Source: Candidatus Omnitrophota bacterium (lineage in GTDB: Bacteria > Omnitrophota > Gorgyraeia > JABMRN01 > RBG-13-46-9). From it: DNA of 64,000 nucleotides. This document shows, piece by piece, positions 47,609 through 56,900 of this stretch. The stretch is from assembly GCA_043817155.1 (NCBI GenBank), contig JBDRHE010000087.1:983-64982 (forward strand), in the 5' to 3' direction. Position numbers and translations under genes: made by a program. Every line of letters starts with the position of its first letter. The first letter of the stretch is position 1. Below the pieces are notes generated by a model. It ran no database searches, had not been told where the DNA came from, and worked only from the letters and a program-made list of their open reading frames with translations.

Positions 47609-47896
47609 CACGGAACGCATGACACGTGAATTTAATAGTAAACTTACGATGGACGAAAGACGATGGACGGCTTTTGACTCGTCTTTGCGAGGTGCCGCAA
47701 TAGACTGAGCGCACCGAAGCAATCTCGCTAAGTCTGTCTTTGCGAAGTGCCTTAATATACTAAGCGCACTGAAGCAATCAAACTAGCTCGATGAGATTGC
47801 TTCGGCACGCTCGAATATTCCGGTGCCTCGCAAAGACGAGGAAAGCTTGAGATTGCTTCGGCACGCTCGAATATTCCGGTGCCTCGCAAAGACGAG
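47609..47896. repeat. Family-A modular repeat with the R-arm tandemly duplicated
   Basis: Forward units 47679-47726 and 47733-47779; R-arm copies 47791-47839 and 47848-47896 are 100% identical; a degenerate third start supplies the track's ATG at 47902. Confidence 0.85.
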
Positions 47897-47934
47897 AAAA
47901 GATGAGATTGATTTGGCACAAGAAAGTGAAGGGA

Positions 47935-48930
47935 ATGGTGAAGAGCGAAATAGTAACACTGGCGCACGGCAATGGCGGCAGGTTAATGCATGAACTTATT
48001 GAGAGGCTGCGCCGCATGTTTTCCAATAAGATCCTGGACGAGATGGCGGATGCCGCGCGAATTCATGTGAATAGAAAGGATATAGCATTCAGTACGGACT
48101 CCTATGTTGTCAAGCCCCTATTCTTCCCGGGAGGGGATATAGGGAAGCTCGCGGTCTGCGGAACAGTTAATGATATATCAATGAAGGGCGCAAGACCGCT
48201 CTTTATATCGCTCGCCTTAATTATCGAGGAAGGATTCGAAATGCATACCCTCGACAGGATCGCGCAATCTATAAAGGTTGCCTCAAGAAAGGCCGGAGTC
48301 AGAATTGTAACAGGCGACATAAAGGTTGTTGAAAATGGATCGGCCGACGGACTTTTTATAAACACATCAGGGATAGGTGTGCTGATAGATCCCGATAGAC
48401 ATATAGGCGCAAAGGCAAGAGTGGATGATGTTATAATCATAAATGGCGGCATAGCGGAACATGGCATGGCCATTCTGAATGCAAGGGAGAGACTTGGATT
48501 TGTTGCCGGCATTAAGAGTGACTGTAAAAATCTTAATGCAGATATTGCAAAAATTATTAAGACCTCAAAGAATGTCAGTGTTTTGCGCGATCCTACAAGG
48601 GGTGGGCTTGCTACAGCATTGAACGAGATAGCTTCTGCATCTAATCTGGGAATAGAGATCGATGAAGGGAGCGTACCGGTAAGAAAGAATGTAAGAAAGA
48701 TGTGTGACATATTGGGGTTCGATCCGATGTATATTGCCAATGAAGGCAAATTCTTATGTTTCGTAAACCGCTCGGATGCTTCGAAAGTCCGACGGGTTAT
48801 GGGCAAGGATGCCTCTATAATCGGAGAGGTCGTGTCACGTCACAAAAGTGAGGTCCATTTGAGGATAGGGATCGGTTCAAGTCGCATTCTACCTATGCTT
48901 GAAAGCGATCAGCTCCCGCGCATCTGCTAA
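47935..48930 (+). CDS. hypE: Hydrogenase maturation factor HypE
   Basis: TLAHGNGG N-terminus, AIR-synthase-like fold, C-terminal PRIC. Confidence 0.9.
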   Translation: MVKSEIVTLAHGNGGRLMHELIERLRRMFSNKILDEMADAARIHVNRKDIAFSTDSYVVKPLFFPGGDIGKLAVCGTVNDISMKGARPLFISLALIIEEGFEMHTLDRIAQSIKVASRKAGVRIVTGDIKVVENGSADGLFINTSGIGVLIDPDRHIGAKARVDDVIIINGGIAEHGMAILNARERLGFVAGIKSDCKNLNADIAKIIKTSKNVSVLRDPTRGGLATALNEIASASNLGIEIDEGSVPVRKNVRKMCDILGFDPMYIANEGKFLCFVNRSDASKVRRVMGKDASIIGEVVSRHKSEVHLRIGIGSSRILPMLESDQLPRIC

Positions 48931-48938
48931 GAGAGGGA

Positions 48939-49835
48939 ATGCTAGTAAAATACATGAAAGAGAGTCTGCAAGTTTTATATATTACGGCAGCATCGCTTGG
49001 ATTTGTCCATACAGTCTTTGGACCGGACCACTACCTACCTTTTATCGTAATGGGCCGGGCCAGAGAATGGTCACTCGCGAAGACATTGTGGATAACATTT
49101 CTCTGCGGCATCGGACATATATTAGGCTCTGTTCTTCTTGGCATGATGGGTATAGCCTTTGGCATAGGGGTAATGCGGCTAGAAGCTCTGGAGGAGATTC
49201 GGGGAAATCTTGCAGCGTGGGTCTTGATTGGATTTGGGCTCGCCTATTTTGTGTGGGGGCTTCGAAGGGCAATAAGATATAGATCGCATCGTCACAAACA
49301 TCTTCATCCGCCTCCGCAGGAAACCCCAGCTTTGGCCGGGGAAGAATGTGGCAGTTCTGCTTCCGCCTTCGCTGAATGGCATTCGCGTTCAGCTTCGGCG
49401 GACAAGTCGGCGAGATGTCGCCTCGAAGATGGCGGGCGGATGCCGCGCCGAAGCTCGAAGAGCGAAGGCGGGCTCCACAGTGGTGATGACCGCCATGCCC
49501 ACGGCCATGTACATACAGGTGGGCACTCACACGTCCACGACAAGAATGGAAAAAACATAACCCCGTGGATACTTTTTACAATCTTCGTCCTTGGGCCGTG
49601 CGAACCGCTCATACCGCTTCTTATGTACCCGGCATCGAAAAGCAGCATGACGGGACTCGTCTGGGTAACGGCCATATTCGGTGTAGTGACGGTCCTGACA
49701 ATGATTTCGATCGTGCTTTTAATGTCTTTAGGGGTTAACCTCATTCCGCTCGGAAAACTGGAACGCTATACCCACGCTCTAGCCGGTGCCACGATACTCC
49801 TTTCCGGCCTCGCTATACAATTCCTTGGTTTATAA
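48939..49835 (+). CDS. NicO/RcnA-family nickel/cobalt transporter with His-rich loop
   Basis: TM motifs VHTVFGPDH and GPCEPLIP (compare RcnA LHGLEPGH / LIPCP); central HAHGHVHTGGHSHVH loop; follows the hyp genes. Confidence 0.65.
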   Translation: MLVKYMKESLQVLYITAASLGFVHTVFGPDHYLPFIVMGRAREWSLAKTLWITFLCGIGHILGSVLLGMMGIAFGIGVMRLEALEEIRGNLAAWVLIGFGLAYFVWGLRRAIRYRSHRHKHLHPPPQETPALAGEECGSSASAFAEWHSRSASADKSARCRLEDGGRMPRRSSKSEGGLHSGDDRHAHGHVHTGGHSHVHDKNGKNITPWILFTIFVLGPCEPLIPLLMYPASKSSMTGLVWVTAIFGVVTVLTMISIVLLMSLGVNLIPLGKLERYTHALAGATILLSGLAIQFLGL

Positions 49836-49852
49836 TAACTTCTATTGACAGA

Positions 49853-49997
49853 GATTACACAGATTAAGGAGGATTACACAGATGGTTGCCTCGTATCTGT
49901 GTAATCAAAACGTTGCATACTTCACAGAATCAAGTTTTATCAATCTGAATAAAAAATCTGTGTAATCATTGAGAAAATATGTTATTTAGTATATAAT
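49853..49997 (+). promoter_or_regulatory. GATTACACAGAT motif cluster (two direct, two inverted) plus TTGAGA-N17-TATAAT promoter for nadE
   Basis: Motifs at 49853-64, 49872-83, 49895-906 (RC), 49956-67 (RC); -35 at 49969-74 and -10 at 49992-97. Confidence 0.5.
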
Positions 49998-50022
49998 CAG
50001 AACCTATAAGGAAGGGGAGAAG

Positions 50023-50745
50023 ATGATGGATCTCAGCGCAAAGATAGCAGATTGGATTAAGAAGCAGGTCCGTGATGCCGGGAAAAAAGGAATCATTGTG
50101 GGACTCAGCGGCGGCATAGATTCAAGTGTTGTGGCAGCGCTTTCGAAGCGCGCCGTGGGGGATAATGTGCGTGGTCTTATACTTCCCTGCAAGAGTAATT
50201 CGGAAGATGTTGAGTTAGCTTATAAGGTATCGAAGAGATTTAACATTAAAACGGAAGAGGTTGTGCTGGATAAGCTATTCGACCAGATGGTTAACGTATA
50301 TCCGGCAGCAAGGGATCTGGCGAAATCGAACCTGAAACCTCGCCTACGCATGACAACCCTCTATTACTTCGCGAATGCACTCGATTATCTTGTGGCCGGA
50401 ACCGGTAACAGGACCGAGCTGGTTATCGGTTACTTTACGAAATACGGGGATGGGGGTGTAGATATTCTACCTATAGGAGGACTGCTTAAATCGGGAGTAA
50501 GGAAATTGGCCAAAAAACTCGATGTGCCAGGAGAGATCATCGCAAGGCCGCCTTCTGCGGGTCTCTGGCACGGTCAGACCGATGAAGGCGAGATAGGTAT
50601 AACCTATGATGAGCTTGACAGGACGATCAATGCCATAAATAATGGTAAGACCAGCGATATAGACAAGGAGATCTTGGCAAAGGTCAACGGCATGATTAAG
50701 AATTCAGAACACAAGAGATGCGCCGTACCAATATTCGAAGAATGA
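50023..50745 (+). CDS. nadE: NH3-dependent NAD+ synthetase
   Basis: GLSGGIDSSVVAAL PP-loop. Confidence 0.9.
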   Translation: MMDLSAKIADWIKKQVRDAGKKGIIVGLSGGIDSSVVAALSKRAVGDNVRGLILPCKSNSEDVELAYKVSKRFNIKTEEVVLDKLFDQMVNVYPAARDLAKSNLKPRLRMTTLYYFANALDYLVAGTGNRTELVIGYFTKYGDGGVDILPIGGLLKSGVRKLAKKLDVPGEIIARPPSAGLWHGQTDEGEIGITYDELDRTINAINNGKTSDIDKEILAKVNGMIKNSEHKRCAVPIFEE

Positions 50746-50761
50746 CTACACGGATTGGGGA

Positions 50762-52132
50762 ATGATTACACAGATGAAAAGAGATTCGAGTAGATGTATC
50801 CGCGATATCGAGGAGATGTTCGAGCTCTCTCCAGGCGAAATTCGGCGGATAGTAAAGGATTTCCATTCGGAGATGCGAAGAGGTCTTTCGGGACGGGGAA
50901 GCTCGCTCAAGATGATACCCTCTTACGCCGGAAGACCAAGCGGTACCGAGAAGGGCAGGTTTCTTGCTCTTGATCTCGGTGGAACGAATTTCAGGCTTCA
51001 GTTGATAAGGTTGGAAGGTAATAGACGGATACGGTCTTGCATGTCAGAGAGTTATGTTTTGAAGAAGAGACTTTTGAGAGGCACAGGCAAGAAGTTTTTC
51101 GATTTCATAGCCGGCCGCGTAGAAAAATTCATTGATAAAAATGGAAAGGCCGGAGATGAAGACTGTAAAATAGGATTTACCTTCTCATTCCCTGTTAAGC
51201 AGACCAGGGTAGACAACGGTATCCTGATCAGGTGGACAAAAGGGTTCCAGATAAGTGGTGTAGAGGGTAAGGACGTGGTCAAATTGCTTAATGAATCTCT
51301 GAAAGGTAGAGGATTGGGATATGTAAGTGTCGTCGCTCTTGCAAATGATACGGTAAGTACGGTCGCTGCTAAAAGCTATGAAGATAAGAACTGCGACATC
51401 GGCGTAATCTTGGGGACCGGTACGAACGCCTGTTATTGCGAAAAGCGCTCCAATGTATTAAAGGTAAGAAAAGAGGCGATCTTGCCCAGAGGCGTCTTTA
51501 TAAATATGGAGTGGGGCAACTTTAGTAAAATAAGATCTACGGCATATGACAGGGAGTTGGACGCATCATCGGTCAATCCCGGAGAACAGTTACTCGAAAA
51601 GATGGTGTCAGGCAGATATCTTGGAGAGATCGCAAGATTAGTTTTAAGAGATTTAAAAAGAAGGAGAGCGATTTTCATAAATAGACCCATCTCCATATTG
51701 GACATGCCGTATCGATTCAAATCAGAATATATGTCGATGGCCGAGAGCGATAATTCTAAAATGATGACGCGAACAGATAGATTGCTAAAGAAGCTGGGCA
51801 TAAATAAATCATCTGCTGCCGACAGGAGGCTTCTCAAGAGAGTGTGCATGGCGATCTCTAAGAGAGCTGCATGTATCAGCGCAGCGGCCATATTTTCGGT
51901 GGTTACCAAAATAGATAGCCGCGTGTCCAGGCGACATACGATAGCTGTAGATGGTTCTGTTTATGAAAAGTATTGCGGATTCCCGAAGAAGATGAGAGAT
52001 GCGCTTAAAGAGAATTTCAGACTGATAGATCAAAACAGAGGCGTTTCCAGAGTAAGGCTGAGCCTCACTAAGAATGCGTCCGGCAAGGGCGCCGCTGTTA
52101 TAGCGGCGATGAGTAGAGCTTTAGCTTCCTAG
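50762..52132 (+). CDS. Hexokinase-family sugar kinase (eukaryote-type)
   Basis: LDLGGTNFRL signature and two-domain actin-fold kinase; begins MITQM at a GATTACACAGATG motif. Confidence 0.75.
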   Translation: MITQMKRDSSRCIRDIEEMFELSPGEIRRIVKDFHSEMRRGLSGRGSSLKMIPSYAGRPSGTEKGRFLALDLGGTNFRLQLIRLEGNRRIRSCMSESYVLKKRLLRGTGKKFFDFIAGRVEKFIDKNGKAGDEDCKIGFTFSFPVKQTRVDNGILIRWTKGFQISGVEGKDVVKLLNESLKGRGLGYVSVVALANDTVSTVAAKSYEDKNCDIGVILGTGTNACYCEKRSNVLKVRKEAILPRGVFINMEWGNFSKIRSTAYDRELDASSVNPGEQLLEKMVSGRYLGEIARLVLRDLKRRRAIFINRPISILDMPYRFKSEYMSMAESDNSKMMTRTDRLLKKLGINKSSAADRRLLKRVCMAISKRAACISAAAIFSVVTKIDSRVSRRHTIAVDGSVYEKYCGFPKKMRDALKENFRLIDQNRGVSRVRLSLTKNASGKGAAVIAAMSRALAS

Positions 52133-52212
52133 CTTATTAGCTTCTTAGGAGATGTGAGAACTTGTTCGTACCTAAAAAGCTAGAAAGCTAATAAGCTAGA
52201 AAGCTAGAATAA
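52117..52212. repeat. Family-F inverted repeat overlapping the hexokinase stop
   Basis: AGCTTCCTAGCTTATTAGCTT...AAGCTAATAAGCTAGAAAGCTAG. Confidence 0.7.
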
Positions 52213-52224
52213 GGAGTTACGACA

Positions 52225-52959
52225 ATGACTTTATTGTATATCCTGGCGAGCGTCATCATAACAAGCGCGATTTCACTCATTGGAGTACTGACAATCGGGG
52301 TGAAGAACAACCTTTTTGAGAGGTTTTTGGTTCTGATCGTTGGATTTGCCGCAGGTGGAATGATCGGGGGCGCTTTTTTGCATCTTTTGCCGGAAGCTTT
52401 GGAACTGGGTGGAGGCGATAGGGTATTCCTCTATGCGCTTGTCGGCTTTACCGTCTTTTTCATAATGGAGAGATATTTTCACTGGAGACACTGTCATGAC
52501 GACAATTGTGAAGTGCACCCTTTTACCTATCTGAATTTGGCGGGTGACGGTCTGCACAACTTTACCGACGGCATAATCATAGCTGCCAGCTTTGTTACGG
52601 ATGTGAGGTTGGGAGTCGTTACAACCCTTGCGGTTATATTTCACGAGATTCCGCAGGAGATAGGTGATTTCGGAATTCTGGTATACGGTGGATTCAGTAA
52701 GAGAAAGGCTCTTCTTTTAAACTTCTTATGCGCGCTTTTCAGTGTTATAGGCGCGATTTTGGGATACGCGCTCTCCACTATGATGGAGAATACCGCATTC
52801 TTCTTCATCTCGTTTACCGCGGGTGGATTTATATACATAGCCGCATGCGATCTTATACCTGAACTTCACAGGCAGAAGAATGCAAAGAGATCGAACGCGG
52901 CGCTTGCAGCTTTTATCGCAGGTCTTGTATTTATGGCGTTGGCCAAGACTCTTTTATAG
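52225..52959 (+). CDS. zupT: ZIP-family zinc transporter
   Basis: HEIPQEIGDF and GGxxGGAFLHLLPEA motifs. Confidence 0.85.
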   Translation: MTLLYILASVIITSAISLIGVLTIGVKNNLFERFLVLIVGFAAGGMIGGAFLHLLPEALELGGGDRVFLYALVGFTVFFIMERYFHWRHCHDDNCEVHPFTYLNLAGDGLHNFTDGIIIAASFVTDVRLGVVTTLAVIFHEIPQEIGDFGILVYGGFSKRKALLLNFLCALFSVIGAILGYALSTMMENTAFFFISFTAGGFIYIAACDLIPELHRQKNAKRSNAALAAFIAGLVFMALAKTLL

Positions 52960-52983
52960 AGTATTTTTTTGTCTCTTTTTGCT

Positions 52984-53011
52984 TGATTGATAGTCTCTCG
53001 CGTAGTATTAT
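52984..53011 (+). promoter_or_regulatory. Sigma70-like promoter, TTGATT-N16-TATTAT, ahead of the coiled-coil gene array
   Basis: Hexamers at 52984-89 and 53006-11. Confidence 0.4.
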
Positions 53012-53081
53012 ACTAACATATTATTATTGTCAAAGGCTTTGCGTATATCAGCGCGTAACAAAAGTACGAAAACCATAAGGT

Positions 53082-53891
53082 ATGCAAGCTAAAAAACCCT
53101 TTTTTCTAGCAGTACTTGTATTCATAAGCATCTTCTTCGCATTTCTCACCTTTTCAATGTATCGCCACTTAAAGACGTCCGAGGCCGAATTCAACTTCAA
53201 GGAAGCCACCCTTACGAAGGAGAATCTGGGCTTGAGAGACGAAGCAAAGTCCATGCTGGAGGAGTTCGAGAAGAACATTGAAAAGCTTACTCTGTTTGAA
53301 GAAGAGAAGAGGTCGCTAAACCTGCAGCACTCCGAAGAGATCAAGGTACTGACAGAAGATAAAGCAAACCTCGAGAAGAAGATAAGAGAGTTGCAGAATA
53401 GATCTTTTATCCAGAACCTCAGGGATGCAATGCATAAAGAAGAGAACGAAAATGCAAAGAAATTCTTCGAAAGAATACTTTACGACATAGTTACTTTACG
53501 AAGCGTTAAAAATATTGAGCTTGAACCCATAATCGTGACCGAGAAGAAGAGCTCTTCCTTTGGCGGAAAGTCCGGGGATAAGCCGAATAGGAAAGGCGCG
53601 CAGGTTTCCAAAGAACCACTGCCAAAATCTACGGTCAACGTTTTTTCCGGCAAGAGAGGCAAGATAGTCTCGATCGATGATGCATACAACCTTGTGATCA
53701 TAGATCTGGGTCGCAAAGATGGTATAAACGGAGGCGAAGAGATCGCGATACTTAAAGGAGGAGAGGAGATAGCCCGCGCCCAAATAATAAACGTGCGCTA
53801 CAAAATATCGGCAGCGTTTATAAATAATATTGGGCAGAAATATAGTGTTCGTAGTATCACAAAGGGCTATGATGTTCTGATATCTGAGTAA
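53082..53891 (+). CDS. Membrane-anchored coiled-coil protein with a C-terminal beta-rich domain related to the N-domains of the three downstream giant proteins
   Basis: N-terminal TM FFLAVLVFISIFFAFLTF; central coiled coil; C-terminal GKIVSIDDAYNLVIIDLG...GEEIAILKG resembles the shared domain. Confidence 0.6.
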   Translation: MQAKKPFFLAVLVFISIFFAFLTFSMYRHLKTSEAEFNFKEATLTKENLGLRDEAKSMLEEFEKNIEKLTLFEEEKRSLNLQHSEEIKVLTEDKANLEKKIRELQNRSFIQNLRDAMHKEENENAKKFFERILYDIVTLRSVKNIELEPIIVTEKKSSSFGGKSGDKPNRKGAQVSKEPLPKSTVNVFSGKRGKIVSIDDAYNLVIIDLGRKDGINGGEEIAILKGGEEIARAQIINVRYKISAAFINNIGQKYSVRSITKGYDVLISE

Positions 53892-53946
53892 CAGTATGGA
53901 GGTCTCTTATAATTTGCAGGGCAATGTTTAGGGAGGTGAGCGCCCG

Positions 53947-56900
53947 ATGATTTCGATAATAATGCACAAGATGAACCGTTCAGCCGTTAAAAAGATGATA
54001 GTTTGTATGGCAATTATGCTAATTTGCGTTCCGCGTATATTGGATGCACAGAATATGGGGGGGAAAGAGGGGAGTGTCCTATATGTGAGCGATGCAGGGG
54101 ATTTTGTTTTTATCGATTTAAGCCAGATCGATGTCAAGCAAGGTGATTTTGTGGAAATTTACAGGGGTTCGAAACAGATCGCTTCCGGATCAATTAAGGC
54201 GCCGATGGAAAAGATGTCCGAAGCCACCGTTTTAGAGAAGAATACAGAGGTAATTATTGGCGATCGAATAGTAATAACAGCATCCCCGAAAAGGCTACCC
54301 CCTGCTACTGAAAAGATCGTAATTGAAGAAGATGAACAAGATCTGGTCGAGGTTGAAGAAGAGATAGGACGCTTACCTGCGTCGGGGGAAGTAATCAGGG
54401 AAGATCCGGAGTACGGAGAACTAAATAGAAGATTTGTTTTACTCCAGGATGAAAAAGCGAAGGTATTCGCTGAATTAAACAGGGAGATAGCATCGCTTAA
54501 GAGCAGCAAGAGAAGTCTTGAACAACAGCTCGAGTCCGCAGAGAGGACCGAAGGTTCAGAGGAAAAGGATCTTCTGGTCAAGATAGAGGACTTAGAGCAA
54601 TCGAAAAAAGATATAATGGCGCTCTTAAATAAGAAGATAGTTTCGATACAAGAGGAGAGCGCAAAAACAGAATCCATGTTACGATCGGAGATAGTCGCCC
54701 TTAAAAGGGAGAAGAAGGTCTCAGAAGATGACTTTGGGATCAAAAGCAAATCTTCAAAAAGCGCAATTGTAAAATCTCTTGAAAAAGAACTGAGAGAGCT
54801 TAAGGAGTCTAAGAGAGATGAGATAGCAAAACTGGAAAAGAAGATTGCGCAATTGGAAATGTCAAATAAAGAGAGTGAAGTTAAACTAAACAATCTTCTA
54901 GATGAAAAGAACGTTTCAACAGAAGGAGCAGAAGTTTCTAAACTCCAGAAAGAGCTCCGGGAGCTGAAAAGTGAGAAGAGCCAGACCGAATCGAAGCTAA
55001 AGAACGAAATAGAGTCACTTAAAGATGCCAAAGGTACTTTAAAGAATGAAACGGCGGAGCTTGAAAAGAGGTTGCTGGATTCAGAGAGGTCAAGGGAAGA
55101 GGCCATAACAGGATTGCAGAAATCTCTGGATAGCAGCAATGCTTCAAAAGATAGTGAAGTTGCGAAGCTGCATAAAGAGCTCCAGGCTCTGAAAAGTGAG
55201 AAGAGCCAGACCGAATCGAAGCTGAATAACGAAATACAGTCTCTCAAAAATGCCGGAGAGAGCCTGAGGGTAACAATAGCTAATATGGAGAAGTCCGCAG
55301 CAGAGAATGCGGCAAAATTAGAAAATGAGCACCGCACTTTCAAAAAATACTCAGAATATGAAATAGTAAACCTCAAAGATGAATCGAAGAATCTGTCAAG
55401 AGAGAAAGAGAACATGGAATCTCTGCTGAAGGCCAATGACCAGGCGCATAAGAATCAATTAAAGGAGCTGGAAGAGGCCAGAAGAGAGGCCATTGCAGAC
55501 CTGGAAAATAAGATGCTGGATCTGAAGAGCTCGAAAGACGAGGCCATAGCAGGATTGCAGAAATCCCTGGATAGCAGCAATGCTTCAAAAGATAGTGAAG
55601 TTGCGAAGCTGCATAAAGAGCTCCAGACTCTGATAGGCGAGAGGAGCCAGACCGAATCGAAGCTGAATAACGAAATACAGTCACTTAAAGATGCCAAAGT
55701 TAGTTTAAAGAATGAAACGGCGGAGCGCGAAAAGAGGTTGCTGGATTCAGAGAGGTCAAGGGAAGAGGCCATAGCAGAATTGCAGAAATCCCTGAATAGT
55801 AGCAATGCTTCAAAAGATAGTGAAGTTGCGAAGCTGCATAAAGAGCTCCAGACGCTGGTAGCGGAGAAGAGGGAGACCGAATCGAAGCTGAATAATGAAA
55901 TACAGTCTCTCAAAAATGCCGGAGAGAGCCTGAGGGTAACAATAGCTAATATGGAGAAGTCCGCAGCAGAGAATATTGCAAAGACAAAAGGCGAACACCA
56001 GACTTTTAGGAAATACTCAGAATACGAAATAGCAAATCTTAAGAATGACCTGGAAAATCTGTCAAGCGAGAAAGAGAATACGGAAGCTATGCTGAAGGCC
56101 AATGCCGAGACTCTTAAAAATCAACTAAACGCGCTGGAAGAGGCCAGAAGAGAGGCCATTGCGGATCTGGAAAATAAGACGCTGGATCTGAAGAGCTCGA
56201 AAGACGAGGCCATAGCGAGTCTTCAAAAAGCCCTTGATAGCAGCAATGCTTCAAAACAACTTGAGACGGCTAAGTTGCAGGATGAGCTCCAGGTCTTGAG
56301 GGCAGAGAAGAACGAGAGCGAATCTAAGCTGAATAGCAAGATACAGGTTCTTGTCAACATCGAAAGCAACCTGAAGGCCAGGATCGCCGATATGGAAAGA
56401 TCCGAAGTCGAGAAGATAGAAGAATTAAGAAAGGAATATGGCACTTTTAAGAAGATCGCGGAAGATGGGGTATCAAAGCTTAAAGGTAGTATTGAGGATC
56501 TGTCCAGGGATAAGATGAGCATGGAATCTACATTGAGGGGGGAAATTGAAGCTCTTAATAAACAACTGGACGAGCTGGAAGAGGCCAAAAGAGAGGCGAT
56601 AGCGGATCTGGGAGAGAAGATGCTGGATCTAAAAAAATCGAATGAATATACAACGGCCAGATTACAGGATGTCGTAGATAACAGAGATGTTAAAATAGAG
56701 GCAGAGGTTTCGAAAGTAGAGGATAAGTTCCAGGCTTTAAGGATGGAGAAGAGAGAGAGTGAGTCTAAGCTAAAGAACGAGATACAGGCCCTTGCCAATA
56801 TCGAAAGCAATCTTAAGGACAAAATAGCTGATATGGAGAGATCCAACGAGGAGATTATAGCGAAATTTAAAAGTGAACGATTCGCTTTAGAAAAGACCGC

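Noticed and set aside
49880-49963. 27-codon ORF (MVASYLCNQNVAYFTESSFINLNKKSV) inside the GATTACACAGAT cluster
   Set aside because: Its ATG is part of the repeated motif, and the sequence is better explained as regulatory DNA.
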